Assembly: GCA_965248835.1 (NCBI GenBank)
Contig: CBDFLJ010000002.1
Coordinates: forward strand, 2,240,001 to 2,304,000
DNA from: Alphaproteobacteria bacterium
GTDB lineage: Bacteria; Pseudomonadota; Alphaproteobacteria; MPNO01
DNA: 64,000 nt
Direction: 5' to 3'
In this document: piece after piece, positions 10,460-21,239 of the stretch
Numbering within the stretch: the first letter of the stretch is position 1
Layout: the number at the start of each line of letters is the position of its first letter
Notes under the pieces: generated by a model
Seen by the model: only the letters and a program-made list of their open reading frames with translations
Databases searched by the model: none
Told to the model about the DNA's origin: nothing
Made by a program: the position numbers and the translations under genes

Positions 10460-11479
10460 CTAAACGAGCGCAGGCATGACCTCTTTTGCGAACAGCTCGA
10501 GTGTACGCATCTCCTGCTCGTGGGTCTGCTTGCCGAAAGCGAGCTGAAGCAGCAGGTAGTCGATGCCGGTCTCGGCGATGTGCTCGCCGAGCGCATCGCG
10601 CACCACGGCAGTCGTGCCGGCGATTATGGCGCCCATCCGCCGCGCTTGGTCATAGCCGGGCGGCACGAAGATCGTCCGGTGGCCGAACCGCTCGCTCAGG
10701 TGCTCAAGGCTCGCGTACCAGCGGTCGCGGGCCTCCTCCGCGATCCGGTGCGCCTCCTCGTCGGTCTCGGCGATGACGACTTGGCGGACCGAGCCGATGA
10801 TCGGCCGATCCGGCGCATGGGCGCGGAGCGGATCGTCGCGGTGCCGCTCCCAGGCCTCGAGGTAGAGCTCCTTGGCCTGCTTGATGTGCGCGCTCGGCGC
10901 CCAGCCGGTGACCAGGTGCATGCCGTGCCTTGCGATGTACTCGCGGGCCGCGCCCGAGGTCGATGGGTACCACAGCGGCGGATGGAGCTGTTGGAGCGGC
11001 CGGATCTCCATCGGCACGTCGTGGTACCGGTAGCGCCGGCCGCGATGGGTCACCGTGTCCGAGGTGAAGGCCTGCAGCATGACCTCGAGGGTCTCCTGGA
11101 AAAGGTCACGGGTCTCCGGCATGGGGATGCCGAACATCTGCAGTTCCCACGGCGATATGCCGCGCCCGATGCCGAGGTCGAAGCGGCCATCGGACAGATG
11201 GTCGAGCATGCAGATCTCCTCGCTCAGCATGAGCGGGTCGTGGAATGCGAGCGCATAGCCCATCGGACCGAGGCGGATGCGCCTGGTATGCTGGGCGACC
11301 GCCGCCAGGAATATGCCGGGCGCGGGGGCCAGCCCGACCGGGTTCCAATGATGCTCGGCGATGTGATAGCCGGCGTAACCGAGCTCGTCCGCCGTGGCGA
11401 CGAGTCTCAGCCGGTCCTTGTAGAACTCGGACAGCGGCCCGTCTCGCCTGTCCAGGTGGTCGAAAATCCCGAATTTCAT
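10460..11479 (-). CDS. LLM-class flavin-dependent oxidoreductase
   Basis: MKFGIFDH, AEHH, LDHLSDGRF..GIGRG, LELFAKEVMP. Confidence 0.92.
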   Translation of the reverse strand: MKFGIFDHLDRRDGPLSEFYKDRLRLVATADELGYAGYHIAEHHWNPVGLAPAPGIFLAAVAQHTRRIRLGPMGYALAFHDPLMLSEEICMLDHLSDGRFDLGIGRGISPWELQMFGIPMPETRDLFQETLEVMLQAFTSDTVTHRGRRYRYHDVPMEIRPLQQLHPPLWYPSTSGAAREYIARHGMHLVTGWAPSAHIKQAKELYLEAWERHRDDPLRAHAPDRPIIGSVRQVVIAETDEEAHRIAEEARDRWYASLEHLSERFGHRTIFVPPGYDQARRMGAIIAGTTAVVRDALGEHIAETGIDYLLLQLAFGKQTHEQEMRTLELFAKEVMPALV

Positions 11480-11619
11480 CACCCTGTCTTCCCAATACAG
11501 ACGTCACCGGATCTTGTTCCGCGCTCACGGTAGCGGCGATCCCAACATCGCGGTAGCCACGGGGAGCGCGCGTCATCGCGTCCGACGAACAGCGGATCGC
11601 TCGGTCCGCGACCGCTTGT

Positions 11620-11740
11620 GTCTCCGCCTCGCCACCGGCTCCCGGCTCGTTGATGCTTTGCAGGTGGGGGATCACCCTGGTCGCATACAAGCGAAGATTC
11701 TTGACTGTCAGCGCGCGTTCACCGTGCCTTGTATTGTGCA
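11620..11740 (-). pseudogene. Possible C-terminal remnant of another LLM oxidoreductase
   Basis: VKNLRLYATRVIPHLQ resembles LLM C-termini; boundaries approximate. Confidence 0.35.
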
Positions 11741-11939
11741 TATAGTGAATCGTCCGGGCCAATGTGCAAACGAGTTACCGCCTCGCGACACCACGCCCTG
11801 GGACGCTAACGAGCGGAATTTGGCATCGCCGCTCCAAACCGACGCGGCTGACCCATGGGCGACATTCGGAGTCCTTGGAATTGCTCCCGACCTCCGCATA
11901 AGATCTGGGCGATAGCGCGAATCCGGGAGGAAGCGAACG

Positions 11940-13064
11940 ATGGCCGAACAGACGCCGAAAGGAAAACCGCCGTATCGCGCAGAGCACGTCGGAAGCCTGC
12001 CCAGACCGGAGCGTCTGATCAACGCGCGTGAGGCGCACGCCGGCGGCGCCATGTCGCTCGCCGATCTGCGCGCGATCGAGGACGACTGCATTCGCGAGGC
12101 GGTTGCCTTGCAGGAGCGCGTCGGAATAGGCGCCATCACCGACGGCGAGTTCCGCCGCGTCTCGTGGCGCGACGCCCCTTTCGAGCATTTCGACGGCTTC
12201 ACGCAGGATCGCTACGAAGCCGACTTCACCTTCACCCTGTTCGACGGCTCGACCCGAAAGGCCAGTCCGGTGCCCGCAACCGTTGCGCCGGTGCGCCGGC
12301 GAACCGCGATGGCGGCCGAGCATTTCGCGCTGTTGAAGCCGATGACCAAGGGATTACCCAAGGCGAACCTGCCGACGCCATCGGTCACCCATTTCTTCCG
12401 CGGGGACAGGGGGATCGACCGCGCGGCATATCCCGATATGGACGCTTTCCTCGGCGACGTCACGCGCGCCTATCGCGAGGAGGTTGCCGCGCTTGGCTCA
12501 CAAGGCTGCCGATATCTGCAGATGGACGAGGTGCCGCTTGCCTTGCTGTGCGACCCGAGCAACCAGGAGATTGTGCGTCGGCGGGGCGAGGATCCGGCGC
12601 GGCTCATCGACGCCTACATCGACGCGATCAACGACTCGATTGCGGATCATCCCGCGGATATGGCGGTCTGCGTCCATCTGTGCCGTGGCAACATAGGCCA
12701 CGGTATGGCGGATGGCGGCTATGAGGCTATCGCGGAGCGGATGTTCAACCGGCTCGATGTTGACGGCTTTTTCCTGGAGTACGATACCCCGCGGGCCGGA
12801 GATTTTACGCCATTGCAGCACTTGCCCGCTCCCAAGAAGGCGGTGCTGGGCCTTGTGTCCACCAAGGTGGCGACGCTGGAGAGTGCGGACGAGCTGAAGG
12901 CGCGAATCGACGAGGCGTGCCGGATGATCGATGTCGACCGGCTGGGGCTGAGCCCTCAATGCGGATTTTCGAGCAATGTCGGGTCCGGACGGTTTTCGAC
13001 GGGCGAGGTCGAGCGCAAGCTCGCGCGCATCGTCGAGGTGGCGGACCAGGTGTGGGCCTCCTGA
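11940..13064 (+). CDS. Cobalamin-independent methionine synthase II family (MetE C-terminal-like) protein
   Basis: HVGSL.RP, TDGEFRR, HLCRGN, LEYD..R.G, LSPQCGF zinc ligands. Confidence 0.92.
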   Translation: MAEQTPKGKPPYRAEHVGSLPRPERLINAREAHAGGAMSLADLRAIEDDCIREAVALQERVGIGAITDGEFRRVSWRDAPFEHFDGFTQDRYEADFTFTLFDGSTRKASPVPATVAPVRRRTAMAAEHFALLKPMTKGLPKANLPTPSVTHFFRGDRGIDRAAYPDMDAFLGDVTRAYREEVAALGSQGCRYLQMDEVPLALLCDPSNQEIVRRRGEDPARLIDAYIDAINDSIADHPADMAVCVHLCRGNIGHGMADGGYEAIAERMFNRLDVDGFFLEYDTPRAGDFTPLQHLPAPKKAVLGLVSTKVATLESADELKARIDEACRMIDVDRLGLSPQCGFSSNVGSGRFSTGEVERKLARIVEVADQVWAS

Positions 13065-13139
13065 CGGCTCTGCGTTGGAAATTGGCGCCAAGCGCCCTCG
13101 ACGAGCGTCGAAAGCCATGTCCGTGAGGCGACCGGGGTG

Positions 13140-13640
13140 TCGTATCGTTTGACGGTAGCGGCAGCCGAGCTCGCCGGCGCGCTCGGCGAGGCGGACGGCG
13201 GCGCCTTGGCCCTCCGGATCGTTGTCGGCGGCGATAACGAGATGGGTCAGGTCCGGAGGCGGCGCGAACACGCGAAGGTGCCCCGCGGAGAGCGCGGCGG
13301 CGGCGTGGATGTCCGGCAGGGCCGTGACGACCGAGAGCACGGTCTCGATCCCCTCGCCGACGAGAAGCGAAGCGCCGTCGTGGGCCGGAGAGGCGCCGAA
13401 GCGGTCGGCGAGGCCGTGGATGCGCCCGAGGGTCTTGCGCGGCCTCGTGACCGGGGCCTTGGCGGGCCGCGCCGGGTCGAGCCAGGTGCGGTGGACGCCG
13501 GTGATGTCGCCGTCGACGTTGGTGACGGCGGCGACGAGCGCGGGATAGCGCCGGAACCCCTCGTCGCTGCGATAGGCGAGTCTTGGGTGGAACCCCAGGG
13601 CCTCGAAGCGGCAGGAGCGAAGCGAGGCTCCACCGAGGTG
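13140..13640 (-). pseudogene. Plasmid-type toprim-domain protein remnant
   Basis: PALVAAVT..G.ITGVHRTWLD, VGEGIETVLS, AAALSAGHL, IAADND.EG; no start; boundaries approximate. Confidence 0.75.
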
Positions 13641-13954
13641 GTGGCGGATGAGGTCGAGGAGATCGCCGTGCTCGCCGGTTGCGCCGTCGCACCACTTGCC
13701 GACAGCGCCCGGAGGCCGATTGCTGCGAGCACATCGTCGACGGAGACGAACTCGTGGAAGGGATCATCATCGTCGCCGGTGACGGTAAAGACGGTGATGG
13801 GGGTATCGAACATCGAGGGGTCCTCCGTGAAAGGGATGGTCGACGCCGCCGGGGTGGAGGACCTTCCTATCGACCCTCCGGGTGTCGCCCTCTCAAAGCT
13901 CTCCTTCACTCTCTGCGGGGACGGTCGGGACAGGCTCGACGCCGGCGAGTGGCG

Positions 13955-14090
13955 TCGCATCAGGCCCCGCTCGACAAACGAGGTGACGTCGCCGTTGCCG
14001 GTGAGGAGATGATCGAACACCCGCACATCGAAGAGAGCGAGCGCATCGATGAGGCGCCCAGTGATCACGCGGCCGGCGTTGCTGGGCTCC
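13955..14090 (-). pseudogene. radC: RadC/JAB-domain C-terminal fragment
   Basis: IT.RLIDALALFDVRVFDHLL.G....SFVERGLM; boundaries approximate. Confidence 0.7.
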
Positions 14091-14133
14091 GAATGGCTGG
14101 CCGTCGGCCTGCAGCGTCGTGAGGGAGCTCCGT

Positions 14134-14475
14134 TCACTGCAGGACGCCGTTGCCGGAGCCGTGCCGGGGCGGACCGGCGGACATCGTCCGGCCGGCGATC
14201 TTCATCCAGGCCTCGCGATCCTGGCCGAGCCGCGCATTGAGCCGGTCGCAGCGCCTTTCCGCATCGTCGAGGGTCAGCGCGACGAGCGCCGTGGGCACGT
14301 AGCCCGGCACGTGGTCGATGACGATGCGGATCTGCTGCGGTCGATCCGCCGGTCGGTAGGCCGGGCAGAACGCGTAGTTCGGGTCGTCGGGCAGCGAAGA
14401 CGAGCTCCGCCGGATCGGCGAACGGGCCGGGCGGCTGGGCGAGGGGAGCGGACGACAAACGCGATTCACGCGCAC
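14134..14475 (-). CDS. Hypothetical plasmid/ICE-type small protein (possibly degraded)
   Basis: 113-aa ORF among plasmid remnants, protein-like core YAFCP..IRIVIDHVPGY..LDDAERRCDRLN. Confidence 0.4.
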   Translation of the reverse strand: MRVNRVCRPLPSPSRPARSPIRRSSSSLPDDPNYAFCPAYRPADRPQQIRIVIDHVPGYVPTALVALTLDDAERRCDRLNARLGQDREAWMKIAGRTMSAGPPRHGSGNGVLQ

Positions 14476-14682
14476 CGGCCGATACCATTCGACTATGGCG
14501 TGGGTTTCCGGGAATATGAATCAGCCGTCGGCGTGGCGGTCGACGAACGCCACTGAAGAGAGAAAACCCGATGCAGGTCTTCACGTTCCAGCTTACGATC
14601 CAGCAACTGGGCGACAGAGGATACTCAGGCTTCGAGCGCCAGCCGGTCGCGGCGCAGTAACTGCGGTAGGAGCGATCAGGAC

Positions 14683-15399
14683 ATGGCAACCTTCGTCGTA
14701 GCCCATGGTGCCTGGTCGGCCGGCTGGGTGTGGCGGAAGATGCACCCGCTGATGCGTGCGGCGGGGCATGAGTTGTGGACGCCGACCATGACCGGGATCG
14801 GCGAGCGCGGCCACTTGGCGGCAAAGACGGTCGATCTCGAAACCCATATCGCCGACATGCTGGCCGTGCTCGAATTCGAGGATCTGCGCGACGTCGTCTT
14901 GGTCGGCCATAGCTATGGCGGTATCGTCGCCACCGCGGTCGCGGACCGTGCGCGCGACCGCGTCGCCCGGCTGGTCTATCTCGATGCATTCGTGCCCGAG
15001 GACGGCCAAAGCCTCCTCGATCTGGCGCCGCAGGCAACGCGCGAGGCCATGCGGGCGGCGGCGCGGGACGATGGCGATGGCTGGCTGGTGCCGCCCAACC
15101 CGATCCCGTCCGATACCACGGACGCCGATGCCGAATGGATCCGGCACCGCCGAATGCCGCATCCGCTCGCGACCTTTGAGGCGCCTTTGCGGATGACCGG
15201 CGGCGCGATCACCCAGCCGCGCAGCTACATCTACTGCACGAGCGTCGTCCCCGGCGATCCGTTCCACCCGTTCGCCGAGCACGCGCGCACATCACCGGGC
15301 TGGACCTGCCATGACCTCGATGCCAGCCACAGCCCCCACGTCACCGCCCCGGAACGCTTGCGCGATCTGCTAATCCAAACGCTTGAAGATCGCGGCTGA
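14683..15399 (+). CDS. Alpha/beta hydrolase (esterase-like)
   Basis: FVVAHGAW..GW.W, GHSYGG, VYLDAF, ASHSPH. Confidence 0.92.
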   Translation: MATFVVAHGAWSAGWVWRKMHPLMRAAGHELWTPTMTGIGERGHLAAKTVDLETHIADMLAVLEFEDLRDVVLVGHSYGGIVATAVADRARDRVARLVYLDAFVPEDGQSLLDLAPQATREAMRAAARDDGDGWLVPPNPIPSDTTDADAEWIRHRRMPHPLATFEAPLRMTGGAITQPRSYIYCTSVVPGDPFHPFAEHARTSPGWTCHDLDASHSPHVTAPERLRDLLIQTLEDRG

Positions 15400-15752
15400 G
15401 GACATTGGCCAGACCTTATTTTCTCTCAACTTCGCGAGCAGTATCGGCTCCCAGCCACAATTTTTGTTGCCCTGATGCGCCATGCGCCGTTGCGCATGCC
15501 CGCTACAGCGTATCCGGTTTAGTTAGAACCGTATCGTCCGACGGATTGAGGACGTCGAAATCGGGGTCAGATCCTCGCTGCGAAGTCGGCCGGTTTGTAG
15601 GCGGCAGCGTGGCTGTGAGTCGGCGCATCGGCTCGGCGTCGGTCGGCACGATAAGTGATTGATTGTGTGTAAGCATAGGGGTCAACATTGCGCGCCGACC
15701 CACAGGCCTATCCGGGGCCAGCCGGGTCCGCCTGACCTCACGAGGGCCGTAG

Positions 15753-16853
15753 ATGGGCGAGATCATGCGAGCGGCGCGGCTGCATGAGGCCGACACGCCG
15801 TTTCGGATTGACGAAATTCCTATCCCTGAACCGGGGCCGGGCGATGCGGTCGTCGCAGTGCGCGCCTGTGGGGTGGTGCCCAATATGCGGAACATCGTAC
15901 GCGGCGGGCATTGGCGAACCCTGCCGCCGCTGCCCGCGGTAATGGGCCTAGATGCTGCCGGTGTGATTGCGAAGTTGGGGCGCGGGGTCGAGGGGTTGGC
16001 CGAAGGAGATCGTGTCTATGTCAATCCGGCGCTATCCTGCGGCGTGTGTGACTATTGCCGTCGCGGCGCGTCGCCGCTTAACTGTGAACAGGCTGCATTG
16101 CAGGGATATTTTGGTTTCCGCCCAGCGGCCTCCGCGATGCTGTCGAGATACCGTTATGGTGGGTTCGCCGAATACACTCTGGCTCCGGCGCGAAACTTGG
16201 TGAAGCTTTCAGACGCCGTGAGTTTCGAGGTCGGCGCGCGATTTGGCTATCTCGGCACCGCCTATGCTGCACTGCAAACGGGGCATGTGAAAGCTGGCGG
16301 CACACTCGGCATTATCGGCGCGACTGGAACGCTTGGCGTCAATGCGACAGTGTTTGCGCTCGCCATGGGGGTCGCCCGCATCGTCCCGATCGCCCGCAAC
16401 GCGGAACGCCTGGCCCGGCTGAAGGCGTTGGCGCCTGGGCGCATCGAACCCATTGTCATCGACGGCGCCAATATCGCCGATCGCTTGTTAGAAGCAACCA
16501 GCGGGATGGGTCCCGAACTCGTGCTCGACTGCCTCGGCGCTGGCGCCAGCTCGGAAACCACTTCCCAGGCGATCGAAGGCATGATGCGGGGCGGTACACT
16601 GGTCAATATCGGCGCGCTCAACCAACCCCTTGAACTCACCCCGATGCGGTTCATGGCGACCGCGCTAACCTATTGCGGCTCGAACTGGTTCACCGTCAGT
16701 CAAGGCGAGGAAATGGCGGCGCTCGCCGGTGCTGGGCTGGTCGATCTCGATATTTTCGAGCATCGTACTTTCGCGCTGGAAGAGGTCAATGAGGCCCTGG
16801 CGGACGTCGGCAAGAACCCTGGCGGCTTTGTCAACATCGTTGTCCGTCCTTAA
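15753..16853 (+). CDS. Zinc-binding alcohol dehydrogenase family protein
   Basis: ACG, GDRV, C..C..C..C structural zinc cluster, GATGTLG. Confidence 0.9.
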   Translation: MGEIMRAARLHEADTPFRIDEIPIPEPGPGDAVVAVRACGVVPNMRNIVRGGHWRTLPPLPAVMGLDAAGVIAKLGRGVEGLAEGDRVYVNPALSCGVCDYCRRGASPLNCEQAALQGYFGFRPAASAMLSRYRYGGFAEYTLAPARNLVKLSDAVSFEVGARFGYLGTAYAALQTGHVKAGGTLGIIGATGTLGVNATVFALAMGVARIVPIARNAERLARLKALAPGRIEPIVIDGANIADRLLEATSGMGPELVLDCLGAGASSETTSQAIEGMMRGGTLVNIGALNQPLELTPMRFMATALTYCGSNWFTVSQGEEMAALAGAGLVDLDIFEHRTFALEEVNEALADVGKNPGGFVNIVVRP

Positions 16854-16873
16854 ATGGATAGCACTGCCCTCAC

Positions 16874-17000
16874 TGATCCACCTCCATTGAATTGGTCCAT
16901 CCTTAGGTTTTGGAATGAGGGGGACCAAGAATGGCAAGGAAGCGCTACAAGCCGGACGAGATCGTCGGAAAGCCGCAGTAGGCGGAGGTTCTGCACGACC
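16874..17000 (+). mobile_element. IS3-family left end and orfA start (remnant)
   Basis: TGATCC..AATTGGTCC end followed by MARKRYKPDEIVGK; similar end at 60223; right boundary approximate. Confidence 0.7.
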
Positions 17001-17067
17001 AAAACCTCGTATTGGGACATGAGGGTCTCCTCCCTTATTTCATCCGCACAGCTCGATCGGCCAGAAA

Positions 17068-17310
17068 GGCATTGTCAGACTAACAGGACAGGACTTGTAG
17101 AACCTGCAATCGAGCGCCTTCAGGCTGCTCGTTGACGCCACTCCGCCAGGGCGGCGGCTCGGTCTTGTTTGAAAATGTCGCGGCGGTTGAGATAGCGCTT
17201 GTGGTTGAAGTGGTTGTGGATCGAGGCGTGGACGGCGGCGGATTTTTGCACGGTCTCTACGTCCCTGAATTTGACCATCGTCCGTTCTCATCGTCGGAAC
17301 GCGCGATGTC
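17068..17310 (-). mobile_element. IS6-family right-end remnant
   Basis: GGCATTGTCAGACTAA end; sequence shared with the other IS6 remnants. Confidence 0.8.
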
Positions 17311-17609
17311 GTGACCGGCAAATGGGGAATCGATGCGACCCGGCCACCGCTGAGCCGGCCCGAGGCTCGTGCGGTGTTCGAACGCACGCTGGCACCGCAC
17401 AGCAACGAGGTCTGCCTGGAGGATTTCCTCGACGAACGCCTCAGCCGGACAGTTCTTTGAGTGCCTGGTCGCCCGGCGCCTCTGCGGGGCGGGGTTCGAA
17501 CCCGCCGGATCGCGGCGAACGGTTTCGGTTCCTGCCATCCGGTCCCCGGTCGGAAAACCATGTCGAGCCCCGCGACACCGCGCGCCCGGTGCCCTAGGCT
17601 GGCCGGGCC

Positions 17610-19007
17610 ATGAGCGACAACGGAGCGCATGCCATGCCGAAGTTGCTGATCAAGGGGGGTAGCGTCGTCACGATGGATGCCGGGATCGGCGATCTGGAAC
17701 GCGGCGACGTGCTGATCGACGGTACCGAGATTGCCGCGGTCGGCGTCGACCTCGCAGTCGGCGACGAAGTCGAGGTGATCGACGCCGCCGACATGATCGT
17801 CATGCCGGGCCTGGTCAACGGCCATATCCACACCTGGCAGACCGGGCTGCGCAGCCTCGCCGGCAACTGGACGGGGACCAACTATTTCCGCGCCATGCAC
17901 GCCGGGCTGGCGACCTTCTTCCGGCCCGACGATATCCACATCGCCAATCTGGTCGGGGCGCTCAACCAGATCGATTGCGGCGTCACGACGATCGCCGACT
18001 GGCACCACAACAATCCGACGCCCGAGCATTCCGACGCGGCGATCGACGGCCTCGCCGACGCCGGCATCCGGGCGCTGTTCCTGCACGGATCGCCGAAGCC
18101 CGACCCCGGTCCCGGCGAGAAGCCGTACGGCGAGATACCGATGCCGCCCGGCGAGGTCGAACGGCTGCGCAAGGGCCGCTTCGCCACCGACGACGGGCTG
18201 CTGTCGCTGGGGCTCGCGGTGCTCGGCCCGCAAATGTCGGTGCACGACGTCGTGCTCGAGGATTTCCGCCTCGCCCGGGATTTCGACATCGTTGCCAGCC
18301 TGCACCATTCCGGCGCGGCGATGCCGGCGCCGCAGGGCTACGCGGCCGCGGCCGCGGCGGGGCTGATCGGCGACAAGATCAGCATCGTCCACGGCAACGA
18401 ACTGACCGACGCCGATTTCGAACTGCTGATCGAGCACGGCGCGACGTTCGTGGTGACCGCCGAGGTCGAAATGCAGATGGCCTACGGCCCGCCGCTGACC
18501 GGCCGGTTGCGCGCGCGCGGCGTGCCGGTGGCGATCGGCACCGACGTCGAATGCGCCTACGGCGCGGACATGTTCTCGGTCATGCGCACGACGCTGCAAC
18601 TGGAGCGCCACGCCCATTCGATGCGCAGCTTCGCCGCCACCGGCGACAAGCCGCATCCGATCCCCGTGGTGACCGCCGAGGCGCTGCGCTGGGCGACGCG
18701 CGACAGCGCGCGCATGGCGCATCTGGACGCGCGCATCGGTGCGCTGACACCGGGCAAACAGGCGGACATCGCCTGCCTGCGCAAGACCGACCTCAACCTC
18801 ATCGGCGCCGGCAATGCAACCAACGCCATCGTGCTGCACGCCAATCCGGGCAACGTCGATACGGTGCTGGTGGCCGGCACGGTGCGCAAGCGCGGTGGCC
18901 GGATCGTCTGCGCCGACCTCGATGCCAAAAAGGCGGCGCTGGTCACCTCGACCAGCCGGATTCTGGCCGACTTCAAGGCGACCGGCGCGACGGCGGAATA
19001 TCTGTAG
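17610..19007 (+). CDS. Amidohydrolase family protein (chlorohydrolase/deaminase-like)
   Basis: MPGLVNGHIHTWQ (HxH), GVTTI.D, IVHG, IGTD, G.L.PGKQAD; alternative start 17634. Confidence 0.92.
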   Translation: MSDNGAHAMPKLLIKGGSVVTMDAGIGDLERGDVLIDGTEIAAVGVDLAVGDEVEVIDAADMIVMPGLVNGHIHTWQTGLRSLAGNWTGTNYFRAMHAGLATFFRPDDIHIANLVGALNQIDCGVTTIADWHHNNPTPEHSDAAIDGLADAGIRALFLHGSPKPDPGPGEKPYGEIPMPPGEVERLRKGRFATDDGLLSLGLAVLGPQMSVHDVVLEDFRLARDFDIVASLHHSGAAMPAPQGYAAAAAAGLIGDKISIVHGNELTDADFELLIEHGATFVVTAEVEMQMAYGPPLTGRLRARGVPVAIGTDVECAYGADMFSVMRTTLQLERHAHSMRSFAATGDKPHPIPVVTAEALRWATRDSARMAHLDARIGALTPGKQADIACLRKTDLNLIGAGNATNAIVLHANPGNVDTVLVAGTVRKRGGRIVCADLDAKKAALVTSTSRILADFKATGATAEYL

Positions 19008-19279
19008 CGGCCGCGCCCGACCGGCGCTGCCGCCAGCCGACGCACCGGGCGATGCCCGGCAACACCGGCAACACCGGCTGTTCGCGAAGAAACCCGCCTC
19101 GACAACGAATTTCTACGCCATGACAACCCGTTACGCCATGCCCGCCAATCCAGATTCAGGCCCAGGATGAATAATCCGGGTCAGGCGCGGCTCGATCTCG
19201 GGAGTAAAAGATCGGTCGGGGTGGTCGGGCCCACCGCAAACCGTATAGTCCTCATAAAATCCGCACACCGGAGGAAACC

Positions 19280-20497
19280 ATGGACGACGATGCCACGCCA
19301 AGACTTCGAGCTTCCCTCGGGACCTCCGCCAAGCGCTTTACCTCGATCTCGACGTTCCGCGAGCCCGCGCGCTCCCGGGTACAGGAAGTCTTCGACAGGG
19401 CGAAGGCCTCCCTCGAGGAGGACTTCACGGGAATTACGGCCGGCGGGGTTCCGGCCGACGGGCTTTTCCCGATCGTAAGAACCGGCGTTTCGGTAGCGCC
19501 CATCGTCGAGGCGGCGAACGCCTTCCGGGCCTCGCTGACGACTGAGCAACGGCGCGATGTGAATTTCGACATCGACGACCGCGCATGGCGATCCTGGCAC
19601 AACATGCACATTTTCCTGATGCGCCACGGTTTGCTGCTCGACGACCTCGACCCCGCGCAGCGCGGCGCGGCGTTGGGCCTGATCGAGGCGAGCTCGAGTG
19701 CCGCCGGCTACGAATCCGCGCGCAACATCATGAAGCTGAACGAGCACGCGGGCGAGCTTACCGGCAATAAGGAAGAGTTCGCGGAGTGGTATTACTGGAT
19801 CAGCATTTTCGCCGAGCCGTCGTTGACCGAGCCCTGGGGATGGCAGATCGACGGACACCATTTGATCGTCAACTGCTTCGTCTACGGCGATCAAATGGTA
19901 ATTACGCCGGATTTCCGGGGATCCGAGCCGGTCTTCGCGAAGTCGGGAAAATATGCGGGCACCCATGTCTTCCACGACGAGCAGTCGCGCGGGCTGGAGT
20001 TCATGGATGCGCTGTCGCCCGAACAGCAGCAACAGGCCGCCATCGGGACGGCGTTGCCGCGCGACGTCCTGACCACCGCCCAGGCCGACAACCTCGATCT
20101 GGATTACGCGGGCATCCGCTACGACGCCCTGACGCCGCAGCAGCAAGAGCGCCTACTGGGCCTGATCGAAACCTATGTCGGGCGCATCCGTCCGGGCCAC
20201 GCCGAAATCCGCATGGACGAGGTAAGAAAGCACCTGCCGGAAACCGCTTTCGGCTGGATCGGCGAACATGGCGAGAAGAGCCCGTTCTACTACCGCATCT
20301 ACAGCCCGGTTATCCTGATCGAATTCGATCACCTGCCCGGCATCATCTATGACAACGCGAACCCGACCCGGGACCATGTCCACACGATCGTGCGGACGCC
20401 CAACGGCAACGACTACGGGCGCGATCTGTTGCGGCAGCATTACGAAATGCACGACCATTCCCATCCGCATACGCACCACCGGCGAGGGCTGTCGTGA
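19280..20497 (+). CDS. DUF3500-family protein
   Basis: W.N, WGWQ.DGHHL..N, TP.F.G.EP, FYYRI.SP..LIEFD, H.HT..RTPNGNDYG; RBS GGAGG. Confidence 0.82.
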   Translation: MDDDATPRLRASLGTSAKRFTSISTFREPARSRVQEVFDRAKASLEEDFTGITAGGVPADGLFPIVRTGVSVAPIVEAANAFRASLTTEQRRDVNFDIDDRAWRSWHNMHIFLMRHGLLLDDLDPAQRGAALGLIEASSSAAGYESARNIMKLNEHAGELTGNKEEFAEWYYWISIFAEPSLTEPWGWQIDGHHLIVNCFVYGDQMVITPDFRGSEPVFAKSGKYAGTHVFHDEQSRGLEFMDALSPEQQQQAAIGTALPRDVLTTAQADNLDLDYAGIRYDALTPQQQERLLGLIETYVGRIRPGHAEIRMDEVRKHLPETAFGWIGEHGEKSPFYYRIYSPVILIEFDHLPGIIYDNANPTRDHVHTIVRTPNGNDYGRDLLRQHYEMHDHSHPHTHHRRGLS

Positions 20498-20641
20498 CGA
20501 CCGGCTGTATCGGCGATCTCCCCCACATCGATGACGGGGTCGACGCCTTTGGTTGCAACGATATCGTCGTGAACAGTTGCGGGGTCACTCGTCAAGGCGC
20601 ATCGCTCGACGTCACCGAAGAGATCCGGGACCTCATGCACG
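20494..20641 (+). pseudogene. Possible SDR oxidoreductase fragment truncated by IS6
   Basis: DAFG..DIVVN.CG resembles the SDR D..VNNAG motif. Confidence 0.4.
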
Positions 20642-21146
20642 GGCATTGTCGGACTAACGGGACAGGACTTGTAGAACCTGCAATCGAGCGCCTTCAGGCT
20701 GCTCGTTGACGCCACTCGGCCAGGTCGTCGGTTCGGTCTTGCTTGAAAATGTCGCGGCGGTCGAGATGGCGCTGGTGGTTGAAGTGGTTGTCGGTCGAGG
20801 CATGGACGGCGGCGGATTTTTACACGGTCTCTACGTCCCTGAATTTGACCATCGTCCGTTCTCGTCCTCGGATCGGCTGGTGCGCGTTTTCGGCCCGGTT
20901 GTCGAGCCGTCGTCCGGTCTCTTGGCGAACCTCGTTGCCAATCACCTGCAACGCCGCCCGGTATGACCGAAGCCTGTCCGTGGCGTTCGAAGCCGGCCGG
21001 CCATAGCGCTTCATCATGCGCTTCAGGAACTTCAGCGCTGCCCTGCGATCCCGCCGCTTCGCGGCAAAAACCCACGGAAGGGATTTCGCATCCGGCAAAC
21101 GATGGATGCTCCATCTGCCCATCAATCCATTTTGTCCGACAACGCC
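20642..21146 (-). mobile_element. Internally deleted IS6-family element with both ends
   Basis: GGCATTGTCGGACTAA ... TGTCCGACAACGCC; RDRRAALKFLK, NRAENAHQPIR fragments. Confidence 0.85.
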
Positions 21147-21239
21147 GTTTCGGCTGTCGAACGCCGGACGTAACCCGGAATGGCCATTTGCACCTGCGGC
21201 AGATAACGGCTAGCGGCTCCGGCCGGGCGCCAGGCCGCG

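Noticed and set aside
17484-17507. tRNA T-arm-like hairpin (GCGGG-TTCGAAC-CCCGC on the minus strand)
   Set aside because: No D-arm, anticodon arm, pairing acceptor stem or CCA nearby; not a tRNA
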